This document shows, piece by piece, positions 12,046 through 24,848 of a stretch of DNA of 64,000 nucleotides. The position numbers were made by a program, and so were the translations under genes. The notes beneath the pieces were generated by a model that saw only the letters and a list, made by a program, of their open reading frames with translations, did no database searches and was not told the origin of the DNA. The DNA is from Neoechinorhynchus agilis (Eukaryota > Animalia > Acanthocephala). Within the stretch, counting starts at the first letter, position 1. Each line of letters opens with the position of its first letter. The stretch lies in contig CM121342.1 of NCBI GenBank assembly GCA_051530055.1, positions 12,353,480 through 12,417,479 of the forward strand. The letters run 5' to 3'.

Positions 12046-15000
12046 GAAGCGATTATTATTCATACGCCTCATACAAACACACACAAATCAGTTCTCCAAT
12101 TCTTTAGTTTATGAGATCCAGCATGTCCCGGGCCTAAGACAACTGTGAGTTGAAGGACGATCTCTTAAATCCCTCACAGCAGCCTCGAGTACTCTTTTTA
12201 TTGTCTATTGATAAGTATCCTTTTCCTACCCCGAGCCTGTAAAAGAGAGATGAGCGTAAAGAAATCACTTACCTCTAGTCATATTTAATATATTAGTGGA
12301 ATTAATGGGTAAAAAACTAGAAGAGTTATTGTAAAAGATTGTAAGAATTGAAGAGTTGCATTTAAAATATTTACAGTTAGAATTAAGATTAGAAAAAAAA
12401 CCAGATTTTAGACAAGAAAAGTCTTGTTAAAAAAGAAAAAAGGGTTCCGTATCTATATTATTTCTAAAGAGAATACTATTAAGCTTATTTAGCAAGATAC
12501 GAAAAAAGGAAAGCCTATTTTCAGGGAGCCGGCCTCGTGCGAAAAAAAAATGGAACCCCTTAAAAAGATTTTTAAAACTTTGGAGATAAAAGGAGAAGAG
12601 GTGGAGAGCCTTTTTGCTCTTTTGATGAAGGTAACTGTTTTTGTCAATAGGCTTTTAACGGAAGAGTTGATAAAGATTCTATGATTCTTACAAGGGAAGT
12701 CTACACCTAAAATCCTGGAATGTGATCTAAAGTTGATATTAAGAAAATTTAAATTAGATGCTAATTCATTAATTAGGAGCTTCCTCGAGACCAAGGTTTT
12801 AGCAGGTGGAATAAAGAAAGTTTTGTTACTAATTACAACCAGATTGGCTTTCCTAAGTTCCGAAGACAAAGAATGCATATAATTAGCTATATTATTAGTT
12901 AGGATTGGATATGTTCTAACTTTACAAAATAGAAATATATCATCCGTATAAACTAGCGGAAATATGGAAGAAGATTTCTTTAATTTTTTTAAAATATATA
13001 TGAGGACAATTAAGAATAAGGTGGGCGAGAAGGGAGAGCCTTGAGGAACGCCATACCTAGAGAAAAATTTAGTGTGAGAAGGGTCTACCTCATAATAAAA
13101 TGACTTAGATTCCATAAGATAGTTGATTTTGTAGATAATATTTAGAGGAACATTAAGACTAACTAAAGCCTCATAAAGGAAAGAGCGATCCAAGGCGTCA
13201 AAAGCCTTATTAATATCCAGCTGAATGAGAAGTTTTTGTAAATTAATAGCTTCATTCATAGAATTAAGAGAGGATAAAAGCGAACTAACACCTTTACCCC
13301 TAATAAAACAATGAAAAAAGTCAGGTATAAGCTTTCTAGAAACTAAAAAGTCATACAGCTTCCCGTTCACCGCGCTTTCTAAGCAAGAGACAATCGGGTT
13401 CTGTATGGATATGACTCTAATGTGGGAAGCGTTAAAAATACGTCCTTTCGTCTTGGGAATAAAAAGTTTCTTAACAATATTAATGTTCAGGAGATCATTA
13501 AAATCAATTTTCGATAAACGAAGCCTATTAAAAAATCGATTGATCTCCATAAGAGATAGCAGTAATTTTTTCGGGTGAAGTGCCACTTATATCATAAGCC
13601 TTAGAGGATTTAGATTCACAAGCCTTTAAAAAAGCTTCCACTTCAAAATTCCATGAGAAGGACTTTTGTTTATTTCAATTTCACCTAGCGATATTCACTC
13701 AGAAAATTGATTTATATTGAAAATTTTCGGCCTTTTCGTTGGCCTTCTTCAGTCAGATCTAGAATGCTTGTAAGTTTTTAAATATGTGAGTAAACTTACA
13801 AGCATTCTAGATCTGACTGAAGAAGGCCAACGAAAAGGCCGAAAATTTTCAATATAAATCAATTTTCTGAGTGAATATCGCTAGGTGAAATTGAAACAAT
13901 AATGATTAATTTCTTTACAAACTTTTGTTTATAGATAGGAAGTGGAGGAGAAGAACATGCACTAAAAGTATCCGCCATCAAAATAGACTCGATTACTGCA
14001 GGATAAGAAATAGAGCCAATACAGTTAGATGCTTTTGCCTTCCAACAAACTGGTCTCCTGTTCAAAATACAGGACCAAAAATCCTTACCAAAAGGCTTAA
14101 GAGAGATCAGCTTCTTTTTGTCCAACGAAACTTGATGATAAAACTTAGCCGAGTAAAAAAAATTTCAGAAAGAAGTTTTTAAGAGGGGAGTTATTATACA
14201 AATCAGCTTTAACAGCTTTTTTATAAAACATGTTGGCTCCATGACAAACAGGGGGTCGCTTGATCATAGACTTAATAATTAAATTGTTATGTACAGAGGA
14301 TAAGATATCATTATTAAAGTCAGATAAGGAGATAGAAGTATGTGAGTTCATAAAAGATAAGAGATCATTATTAAATTTCGATAAGCTTTGAGGATTAAAA
14401 ACAAAAGTGTCCTTAAGAGAAATGTCATTAGATTTAAAAAGAATGAAGTCACGCCCTAATAATCTCTGTGACTGATGTTGGGAAGCAGGATAGAATAAAA
14501 TTGGAATTGACTTTTTAATAATTGCGCCATCCAAGAAGGTATGTCTATTAGATTTAACATTATGAAAAGGAGATTTAAGGAGCAAAAAATTGTGAAACTT
14601 AAAAAAGGAGTCGGGATTTCAGTAACGGAGGATATGTATAAAAGATTTAGTAAATTTTCCCACATGTCTGGGTTGAATATACAAGTTGTAAATGATAAGA
14701 GTAGGAGAGAAAAAGGATGAGGTCCCATAGAAGGGATTCTTAAAAGAAAGAATTTGCATTGCAAAAGAGATATTTTTAGTTTGAAAGAGAAGTTTAGAAG
14801 AGTGAGATTTAAGAATAAATGTTTGGAGTCCTCCAGAGAAGCCAATATGCTGATTGGTTGATGAGGAGCAAGGGAGAAGAATATAGAATCATAATTATCG
14901 AAAAGAAACAATTTAGAAAAGCCGGTTTCTTGAAAACATAACATATCAAATATACAAGGAGTAAGAAAAACGGGAAGACGCGAAGCCCTAGAGGCATTAT

Positions 15001-15960
15001 ATGTAATGAAGGAGAAAGGAACGTCCTTAGAATTGGCACAAGTCATTAATTTGATTTAGGACGTTTGGAATCAATAGATTCCAAGTTACGTGAAGATGGG
15101 GAGATATTCATTTTAAAATGTTCACAATCAATTCAGTTTTTTTAGAGAGTTTAGGTTAGGTAATATAGATGATGTGTTAGAGGAAGAGTCCGATACAGAA
15201 CAATTATCAAGTTTGTAAAGAATCCAAGTAAGGATGTCCTTAAGCAAGGAGATTTCTTTACCGGTACCAAGTGAAGTAGAGAGGGAAGATACTAAACTTT
15301 CAAAAGAAGATTTTTCCGGAGGTTTGGGGGGAAGCTTAAAGTTGTAACCATTAGAGGGAGGCTGAGTCTTCAACTCCTTAGAGGAAAAGCCGTCCGGAGA
15401 TAGGAGTTTGATGAGGATAGATTTCTCTATTATTTTTATTATAGTAGACCCACTGCTTCGATGATAAGGAATCGTCAAAGTATTTTTGTGCGAACTTGCA
15501 AGAACGCGCAAAGGCTGGATGACTTGCCACAGTTTGCACAAGTGGCGGAATCAGAGTGAGAGCAGGATGATTTGTGGTGAGGACCTGCACAAAAGATGCA
15601 TCTGGGGGGAAATTCACAGTCCGATTCGTGGTCTGACAGATTATCAAATTATAGTCATTGATAGAGTCCTTATATCGGTCGAAAGTGACCCAGTATGAAA
15701 AGAAGCCTCTGTCGGAGTTAGCCAAACTCTCGGCGACATTGATAGTGGCTGAACATAGGATGGCGTAGGCGGAAGTGGCATTGGGTCTAAATAAATATTT
15801 GACCAGTTTAATTCCTAACTCATCCTCAATTTTGCGAAAGTCAGCAGAATCCAAGTCTTGAGGAGGATTCCTCATAAGAAAGGTGACTACGGGAAAGGTC
15901 AATAGACTGTATGCTTAACTCCCCCAACATCTTAAAAAAGAGGTCTTTACCTGCCACATC
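12046..15960 (-). mobile_element. Degenerate APE-RT LINE (I/Jockey-like): ORF1 with Zn knuckles, APE, RT, 3' stem-loop, short (AAT)n tail
   Basis: ORF1 knuckles CIFCAGPHHKSSC and CANCGKSHPAFARSC (across frameshifts). APE start FITYNAS...CFQETG. RT 12489-13586 has LDINKAFD, GVPQGSPFSP and YTDD. The 3' UTR hairpin ctgtgag...ctcacag is shared with 62.8 kb. Confidence 0.88.
13674..13932. mobile_element. Hammerhead-bearing foldback mini-element, family A, 12-bp TSD
   Basis: 105-bp perfect arms (13673-13777 / 13792-13896), each containing CTGAAGA-AGGCC...GGCC-GAAAATTT. Direct repeat acttttgtttat at 13662-13673 and 13921-13932. Removal restores LINE ORF2 (PIYKQKSFSWNF). Confidence 0.85.
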
Positions 15961-16087
15961 GAAGAAGACAAATAGAATGTGGAATTTAGTCACCGAGAAC
16001 CTCTTAATCAGAAAATTCATCGACTTCTCTCGACCACTAGGCTGTAGGTACTTCTCGTAGTAATTACGCGAAAAATACGAGGGGGAT

Positions 16088-16351
16088 TTGGTACCCATGG
16101 CTTCCTTGGGAATTTTAATAACAAAGTCTACTTTTCTAACCGGACGCCTAAACTTTGATGCGTCAATAGAATGCCACATTATACAATCTTTTCCCGGATT
16201 TAGTTGTCGCCGTAGAGTACATTCTCTGTTAGCGAAACTCCATTCCATGAATGATAAGATGAATGTAAATATATTATTAATTCAACTTGATCTAAGCAAA
16301 GCATTCGATGCTTTAGACAAAAAAATTCTATTAGGTTTAATTTCATTTTAA
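16088..16351 (+). mobile_element. LINE RT fragment
   Basis: LLIQLDLSKAFDALD, homologous to the RT at 12489-13586. Confidence 0.7.
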
Positions 16352-17401
16352 ATTGTTTTTTAATATGATTTGTATCCCATTGTCGAAATTATTCGGCGAA
16401 AACTCGGAAATAAATTGCAAAACTATCAAAAGAAAGGAAAAAAGCTCACAGTCGATCACGATTATTTTGCACCATTGTCATAACAAAGTATAAGATTTAT
16501 GTGCAAAACTGATCATCAGAATCGATCGGTTTCCATGGATGTGAAATACTCGTTGGACATCATGTATCAATTAATTAAGATCGCTGTATTGAATTGTCTC
16601 TCAATTGCGGCTTGCTTTAAGTATTGATTTTGAAATTCTTGAAACAAGATTAAAATGTCGATATGTGGGGAGGTACCGAGTTATATGATTAGAAGTGTTA
16701 TTTAGGTCTTCACCTGATAAGGAATTTCTTTATTAAATACGTTTCGAAAACCGCGTCTGGTTCAGCATGAATACCTAAATAGCATTTCCAATGTGGGATG
16801 GCAAAAAATCAAATATTAATTCTCATTCCGTAAAGGGATTATATCAAATGCTTTTCATGTCGATGCACGTTTTCTGTTCAACAAATGGTGTTCTAACTGA
16901 CAATAATAAGACGTATCTCTATTTTACGATTTTGTGTAAAGTCAAACATTTTTGTTTTGATCATTTGTTTCGTTCACGAATCTGAGACAAGTAATGGACA
17001 GCATAATTGATTTTAAAGCGCATATATTTCCTAAAGATAATTAAAAGCTACAAAGGAAGCAACTTTAAATAATGTGCGCATTGAAATGACATAGAGCTTT
17101 GTGAAACTGGAGAAAAAACCTCATTTGAAACTCGTGAATATTTCAAAAAACCTAGATCTTAAAACTTGAGAATTCGTTGGTCATTAGGAGATCTTGTAAA
17201 AAGCATCAAAATCCTTTGAGTAAAACTTATAGTTTAATTTCTCAATAATGTTATACCGCTAAGAAGCTTTTTAAGATTCGGATAACTTTCCTCCCCATTG
17301 CGTATAACAATGTTTAATTTTAAACGCCAAACTGCAATTCTAATCGTCACAAAAATACGCCAACATATCGACGTGTAGGTTTTATAACTTCGATTATATA
17401 T

Positions 17402-19107
17402 ATGGAGACGGATCCTGAGAAGCAAAAAAATTACTTGCAAAAGGACGGACCGATTCAAAAAGTGAAGCACATCTTGGAGTGTCGCATTTGTAGTGGATTT
17501 CTGAGAAAGCCGGTCCGAAATGTAGAGTGTTTGCATGCATGTAAGTTTATTTTTTACGCCAAAATCGAAGCAAATCGATCATAGTTTGCGCTGAATGTGC
17601 AAAGGAAAGAATGGACCAATTGAGTAAATATAGTTGTCCAAATTGCATTAGTTTGGCAAAGTCGGAGGATATACTGCGAAATATGTGGTATGTATAATAC
17701 AAAAATCAAGATTAAGTTACTTATTGTATCTCCTAAAATAAGTTTATTTTTGTTTATTTTCGTTCAAATTTTTGTTAAAATTTTTTATCCAATTTTTAGT
17801 TCTCAAGAATCGACGTTTTATACTTTTCATAAAGAAGTCGTTTATTTATATGTGTTCTTTGGTGATTATAAAAATAGACTGATTTATTGATCTCAATATT
17901 TCGTCCGTTTCGTCGGATATCTGCAGGTTATTAAAGTATATTATTCGCACGACGAAATATTGAGATCAATAAATCAGTCGTCATTTTTATAATCACCAAA
18001 GAACACACTTATACTTTTCGTAGAGCCTAAAGTATTTCTAATAAGAATCGGAGAGCTGTGCTCTGTCGTAGTATTTGGCATAATCAATTTACAATTTCCG
18101 ATTCATAACTGTCGTTCAGTCCTGACGAAAGCTTAGACCGGATTGTGCGAGCTTTTACGGAAAGCCCTATCACTCAAGAGGACTTTCTGTGCATCAAACT
18201 AACTCTGCTCAACAACAATCTGCAATGCCCAACTGTGCAGCCATTTCCAACTAAATCATATTTTCAAGTTTCGCCTCAAATGCCTGTTAGACCTCTCATG
18301 AAGCTCCTTCGTCAACGAATGCAGCTTGATTCCGAGGAAACGATAGAGTTCAGAACTGTAATTGGATTAGTGAAGATAGACGAAGAAACAAGAATATCTG
18401 AGCTTGTTAAGAATTGTCAAGACACTACATTGCCAAACAGGTTACTGAACATATTCGTTAATCTGGGACCACTGAAAAGTAATCACCACAAAGGATCCAT
18501 TGCAAGTTCGCCGAAAAACCCGTCAACGTCGTGCGCAATACCACCATGTTTAGCCAAGAAATCAATCATGTTATCGAATCGAACTATTGACGGAAATCCG
18601 AGGAAAAACTCACGCAGGAATGGACCTAGTTGGGAGCGAGTGTATGAAGTTCACGGGATTGCAAAACGTCAGCATGGAAAGGCATCAGTTGCAGAAGTAA
18701 AGCCAACGTTTTCTAACAACGATGGGAAAAAAAGTGTTCCATGGACTTATAATGTTCCTGGACGAAATTTTCAACGAGGTACAAGCCTACCGTCTCGTAA
18801 TCAGTTTAAAAGCTCCTATAAATCCCGTGAAGGCATTTCCTATCCAGCGACTTTAAGTCAATCTCTATTACAGAAACCTCCACCGAACTCCAAATACGTT
18901 TGGATTCTACCGAAAGGAGTCACCTTGCATGAGTCAAGTCAAGCGGTGAAACAGAGAAAAGTACAATCGGAACTATTAACAATTTCCGATGTTCGAACAA
19001 TGAAATCCACGCACACCTCTCGGCCATCTCTTCGACGTCTTAGCATTGAATGCAATGTGGCATCAGTTATTAATGATCTACTTGAAAAAGTCGATGGTTT
19101 CTTTTAA
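17402..19107 (+). CDS. Polycomb group RING finger (PCGF/BMI1/Psc-like) protein, 3 exons
   Basis: RING CRICSGFL...ECLHAFCAEC...CPNC followed by PDESLDRIV. RAWUL-like segment YFQVSPQMPVRPLMKLLRQRM. GT-AG introns 17541-17584 and 17688-18119. Confidence 0.85.
17829..18019. mobile_element. Foldback mini-element, family B, inside a PCGF intron
   Basis: Inverted arms gtgttctttggtgat...atatttcgtc; 11-bp direct repeat ttatacttttc (17818-17828, 18009-18019); degenerate hammerhead core on the minus strand. Confidence 0.75.
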
Positions 19108-19342
19108 CTGAACAGAACACTTTAACTTGAGGAGAATGAAGCTTTGAATAAACTTACATTGAACTCGTGTAAGTCTTTGGGTACTTAAGTTTAGGGCATC
19201 ACATCGGAAATTGTGCACTTCTAGCAAAATTAAATCTTAAATATGCCGAATGAATTTTTAATACAAAAAGAGGGAATGGATGCTCCTAAAAGTTCTCGAA
19301 ATTTGCATTGCTCAAGATGACGAATATAAAAAATCTTGGAGT

Positions 19343-19670
19343 TTTTAAATTGACACTTGGGCGGGCTGTTTAACACACTTCATATCTCAACGCGCTTATG
19401 TAGATTCCCGAGAAAGCCTTTAGACGGGGAAAGCTCAACAATAAAGATGTTTTTTTATTGAGCATTGCATTCGGGTGGTTGGATATGTTGTTATTTAGGT
19501 CGCTTGTCGACATCCGAGGGAGATCGCCTTAAAGACGAATGAATATTTCGACCGATTGAATTCGAAATATTCATTCGCCTTTAATGATCCCCCTCAGGTG
19601 TTGACAAGCGATCTAAGTAAATAGAGATTTTTCTGTATCATTACAACAGCTCAAGTGTCAATTTAAAAAC
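19343..19670. repeat. Nested foldback element
   Basis: Outer arms ttttaaattgacacttg/caagtgtcaatttaaaa and an inner hairpin at about 19492-19620; a related fragment lies at about 9523-9580. Confidence 0.7.
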
Positions 19671-19749
19671 AAAACTTAATCCTTTTTCAGGGTCTTGCAA
19701 AACCGGGACGTATAACTCATACCTTAGGATGCTCCTCAGGCTATGAATT

Positions 19750-20180
19750 TTTCACCATTACTCTCTGAGATAAAAGAGGAACCTTCTCAGTTTGCTTGTT
19801 AAATGTGTGAAGCTGTTCGGTGAGCGAACCTGCTTGACAATAAAATTCGGTAGTACCTTTATTCGAAAGCAACGATTGAAGCGCATGTAGCGGACAGACG
19901 ACGAGGACTTTCCACGTACGTATTTTTGAACACTTACGAAACGCTTTGAACCAAACCGCGGCCTCCTTGGGCCAAACACCATTCAAGGTTCAACCCAGGT
20001 CAAGGGGTCAAACTTTTGACTTCCATGAAGTACCAAGCGAGTGACCCATTGGAACTTTCGCTTACGGAATCGCTGCTCATGGCAGAAGGGGTGAAAAGTA
20101 AGACTGCTGGTCGTAGAGAGCAGACGGTCAGCGTAAGACTGTTGAACCAAAGGGACAGGTTGACTATTTCACTGACCATA
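19750..20180 (-). mobile_element. Penelope-like element 5' fragment
   Basis: RFNRCFRIKVLPNFIV resembles the PLE N-terminal motif; the upstream part is homologous to 23570-23790. Confidence 0.55.
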
Positions 20181-20449
20181 CTCTAACTACCTTTCTGGGT
20201 TGTTTTGTTGGACCCTGAATAAGGACTAAAACTCCAAAGTATTGGTCCTAAATAAAACATTTTTTCAACCGTGTATATTGCTCAAATAAGGACAATCAAA
20301 AGGAGAACATGCGACTGACTGAGGACACTAAAGTTTTTGAGAGGAGTTTTGCGCACTAAGATCGCAGGATTAAAATTAATCATTGCAAAAGCATGAGAAT
20401 TTAAATCTCGTTCGTTTCTTACAAGAACTCACTTGAGCATATTGTTCAA

Positions 20450-20833
20450 TCATCTGGCAGTTGCAGACACTCGATTGACAGCTATTTGATCGAAATTATA
20501 CAGAAAGGGCGAAGGCGGAAACTCATTGTGCATTCTTCGATATTCTCTCCTGGTCTGATCAACGTGATTGAGAGTGGCTGTATTCTTTTTTGAAGAGCGG
20601 TCGTGACGATCAGTGAAATCGTTTATAAAATGTTCTTGATTGCAAAACATGGTGCCTGCTTGTTTATTGTTACGAATATTAAGTTGTTCGTAAGGCTGAG
20701 GTGTAAACGGAGGAGATTTATCATAATAATCATGAAATTTTTCCATTAATTTCCGCTTGCTTAAGATTATTGGTTGCTGGTTAAGCTTTCGCTTACGGCG
20801 TGGATGCCGGATCGTTTCTAGAACGTTACCCAT
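20450..20833 (-). CDS. Hypothetical protein
   Basis: 127-aa ATG-initiated ORF; no recognisable domain. Confidence 0.35.
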   Translation of the reverse strand: MGNVLETIRHPRRKRKLNQQPIILSKRKLMEKFHDYYDKSPPFTPQPYEQLNIRNNKQAGTMFCNQEHFINDFTDRHDRSSKKNTATLNHVDQTRREYRRMHNEFPPSPFLYNFDQIAVNRVSATAR

Positions 20834-21218
20834 TTTGAACTGTGCTGACTAACTTAGCAACCAGCGGGTAGAGTTTGATGAAACGTTTAAATAAGAATTG
20901 TAAATGTACGGGTTCCTTAATGTCATGAGTACAAAGGAATTTCGGCGTAACGGAAAAAGCGTTCAAGCAAGAGTGAAGTAATGAAACACTTTCATTTGAC
21001 ACAAGTGTACCAAAGTGACAATGAAACATTGTTGACGCTTTTATTGAAGCGTTTGATTGGTCTGACTTATGTCTGCCATGCATGTTAATACATTATGGTT
21101 CCATTATTTGGCATTGAAGGTCGATGGACATTTTGCCGATAAAAGATTTCACTTCCCAAATATACTGGTGACCTGAAGGTACATGGGTCCTATTCTTTGT
21201 GGATTAAGAAATAACGTG

Positions 21219-21458
21219 CGTTCTTTGGTGATGAGAATAATAGATATTGATTCATTGTTCTCAATATTTCGTCCGTCTCGTCGGACTTCTTCAGGTCGTT
21301 TAAGTGTTTTACTCGCTGCTGGAGTGTTGTATTCGCTGCGAATGAAACACTTAAACAACCTAAAGTCCGACGAGACGAAATATTGAGAACAACGAATCAA
21401 TATATATTCTTCTCATCACCAAAGAACATGAACAACATCTTTTATAAGAAATAAACGT
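21219..21458. mobile_element. Foldback mini-element, family B
   Basis: Same gttctttggtgat arms as 17829. TSD taagaaataa(a)cgtg at 21205-21218 and 21444-21458. Minus strand CTGAAGA-AGTCCG-ACGAGA-CGGAC-GAAATATT. Confidence 0.8.
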
Positions 21459-21558
21459 GTTATTATTATAGAAAAATCGTATGTTTAAAATTCACAGGCT
21501 GACGATTTGATGCTTAAGCGAAGTAACCTTTGTATGAAAGCTTTGAAAACGAGCAGCG

Positions 21559-22499
21559 GTGTTGAATATAGATTTATCCGCCTTCAGGCAAAAAATGACT
21601 TCCTGGAACGAAACTGTTAATGGTAACCGTAGCAATTGTAATGCGGAAAAATATTCAATTTTTTTAATTCTCCTTTTAGTTGAGATGAAGACACGCACTT
21701 CGGCACATCCAGCAATAAATCGCACGTTCGAAGAACGCCATTTGTTCACAGACCAGAATCGCTTCAGTGTTCCGGATGAATTTTCGATATTGCTTGAATA
21801 TTTACTGGAGCAGTTAACTATTTTAAAGCCCATGAATGACCACATAAACGACTTTTTAATAGAAATTCTCGAGAAACTCCTACGTGCTAAACAAAGCAAT
21901 AATTCCGAGCCGTACAATGATTTTCCAAGGTATGTGAAGAAGCTTCTAAGACGTGTTCAGGGTACGGGCGACCCTTCGAGCTATTTTGAAATGGTTAGTT
22001 GCTACGTAGACAATGAAGGCAATTCGACGAAGTCTAACGGAGCAGATACATTGCATGCCGATGAGAAACGGCGTGAACACCAAATATGCAATCGACCCGT
22101 ATCGATTATGTTTTATTTTGTAACATTTTCCCGGATCCCTATCAACCTCCATTAGTTTCTTGAAAACCTTTTTGTTAGTTAGTTTAAATAATTGCATAAG
22201 ATTAAAAAACCGATTGCTAGAAAATATGTATGGTCTGCTTACCTTACTGCATATTGTACAATCGAGAATTTGCGGGAAATCAGCAAAGCGATGCGGGTCG
22301 GTTCTTAACAACCGTTAATGACGAGATCTCGTCTCAACTGATGCACTTGATTGACTGTTCCGTCACATGGAAAACCCAAAGAAGCGTCGTCGAAACTGAA
22401 AAAAGCGTGTTTGATTGGAAATCCATCGAGGCAAAGGATGAAAAATCTCAGGCAGAAGTAAACGACGATAATGTGAGAATTATCCGTTGTTTTAAGTAA
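21559..22499 (+). CDS. Hypothetical protein, probably 2 exons
   Basis: Two ORFs (21559-22155, 22230-22499) can be joined by a GT-AG intron at about 22099-22220; no recognisable family. Confidence 0.45.
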
Positions 22500-23559
22500 A
22501 CTGAATAAAGATTTCTTTCATTTACTTAAATGTGAGAGCAAATTTTGAAAAATCTATCTAAATATATAAAGTCCAGAAAAAACAAACGAAGCGTAATATT
22601 TCGAAGTGAGCTCTAGTATATTCCAAAAAGTGTAAATATTTTTTTAGGAAATTGCAGTTTTTCTTCTTTGACTAGTCTTAAAAAAGCAATAACATTTTTT
22701 ATCATATCACGAAGATCCTTCGGAATGGTAAATATTGGATTGGATGGTGGTGAACATAAAAGGAATCTTGAACCGGGATTACGCTCACCACTATCCAATA
22801 AAAATTTTGTGTGGGAGATATTACGATTACTCAAATATTTTCCGTATAAAAACTTTAATTTCGTAATAATGATGAAATATACCTACAAAATCTGAATAAT
22901 CGGCTGGGTAAAATTGAACATCAGCTCTTTGTTTTAGATCCGAAGATATTTTACGTTTCTTAGCTTATGCGTAATTCACTTCACACGCCACTGCAATTTT
23001 TGTCAGCCATCCGAAACAATAAATAACCCACCGTTACACATTCACTCATTTTGGTTAAATCTTCATCTCATTTATCAAGCGAATAACGGAACGTCAACGA
23101 AACTCGTCTTGGACTGATCGACCATATCACCAACTTCGTGCTACTTTCTGTTTAATATATTCTCTGAGGCCGTCTCTAAATGGAGCTCGTTTATTCCGTA
23201 CATTTAGTGAGAAACATACTTCTTGGATTTAGGCCAACCGATCGGAAATACCGGGCTTTAAAACCAACAAACGCGTCGTCTAAAATAGGTCCACAATAAT
23301 GTATCAATGTCAGTGTTTCAAGACTCGTTGATAGAACAAAAATTCGAACGGTGCCCACCAAAAACACCCAAAGCGGTTATACGATGGACGAATGGTATCA
23401 TTTGGTAGATTGTCGATTGACTTGTCAATCGCATGTTATCTTTTTGATTGCCCTTCTTTGAGCGCCACACGCGGCTGAAAACAAATGTTTATTTGTGACC
23501 AATACTTCGGAGTTTTACTCCTTATTCAGAGTACAACAAAAACGCGCAATCTACAAAGG

Positions 23560-24630
23560 TAGAGTTAGAATAAGGCCATTGAAGAGTCTAACCCGTCCCC
23601 TTGGGTCCAACAGTCTCCCCTTGGTCGTCTCCTCCCTACGACCATCAGTCCCACCTTTCAACTCTTCCGAGATGAGCAGTGATTCCGAAAGCGAATGTTC
23701 CAATGGGTTACTTGCTTGGTACTTCACGGAAGTCGAAAGCTTCACTTTTTGTCATGGATAGAATATCGAGTGGTGTTTGGCCCATGGTGTCGACAAGTAG
23801 GAGACCGCGTACCACCGTTTTCGGTGATGAACCAAGCGATATATACTGCGATGTATAAGACGACAAGAATTTATTCATCTTCGCCGGGGGCTATAAGGAC
23901 CGCTGTTGAGGTTTTAAACAGAATGTTCGCTCTAGACTGCAACTGAGATCGGGAAATTGAGAGGCTTCAACGTCGACCGAAATTGGTTGGTGGACGTTCG
24001 TAGAAGAAGGAAGGAATTGCGATTCCAAAAAGTTCGTTTTGTTCTAACAAAAACGAGCAATAAATTTTCTAATGAAAGAGACGGACGGCAATGGCCTTTG
24101 AAAATATGCTACTAACAGAGAGAGACATTGTCAAAAATGCTAATTTTCAGCGAATTCGTGTAAGAAACCATAAGTTATGAATATGAAGAATAAAGACTTC
24201 CAAATACGAGTTCGAGAATGTCGATGTATAACAATGGTTTTTTGCAATGCAATCGGTACCCTTCAAATGTGGTGGCAGCATCGTCGGCATTAAATCGAAA
24301 ACTGAAGAAGGATAAATAATCCGCCGGGTTGTCCCTCGTCATTCTTAACCGCTCGGTTGTGTTTATTGTATTGAACCTCTGTTCCAATTCATCCACTTCG
24401 GACGTCGCCCTGTAGAGAAGTGGCACGTCTTCCACATACCTTAGCTACATCGTTTTTTCGGTAATGTGTGGAAAAAACGTGCTGCTTCCCCCTAAGTCCA
24501 AGAGCCAAATGGCCAAAATTGGAGCAATACTGCAGTTCCCCGTAGCCAACTCTTGGACTTGCAAATAGAGCCTATTTCCATACTTGAAGAGATTGCATTT
24601 GAGAATCAAGCGTATGAGCATTAAAGACAT
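23560..24630. mobile_element. Rearranged Penelope-like fragments (thumb on +, RT core on -)
   Basis: Plus strand NQAIYTAMYKTTR...AVEVLNRMF. Minus strand LKCNLFKYGNRLYLQVQELATGN...VEDV. Both are homologous to the PLE at 60.8-61.4 kb. Confidence 0.75.
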
Positions 24631-24689
24631 TTTTAACCTCTTCGGTGGTGTTAGTTAGATCTCCACTAGGGAAATAATTTCTTATTGAA

Positions 24690-24810
24690 GATGTTTCGAA
24701 CCTCGTCGGGAATCTTATTTAGGTCTTCACTCGGTAAAGAATATTTTTACTAAAGACGTTTAGAACCTCGCCGATTGTTAGTTAGGTCTTCACTCGGTAA
24801 AGATTTTTTC
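24690..24810 (-). repeat. Two units of a ~62-bp repeat family (also ~16695-16760, ~36040-36100, 50752-51115)
   Basis: Shared ttatttaggtcttcacycggtaa...aaagacgtttcgaacctcgtcgg. Confidence 0.8.
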
Positions 24811-24848
24811 CTTTTACTAACATAACCTTTAAAATTTCGGAGCAGAAA

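Noticed and set aside
22089-22265. In-frame CAATCGA direct repeat around the intron of the 21559 gene as a sixth non-canonical intron
   Set aside because: An in-frame GT-AG solution (about 22099-22220) exists, terminal pairing is unconvincing, and there is no conserved motif to arbitrate.
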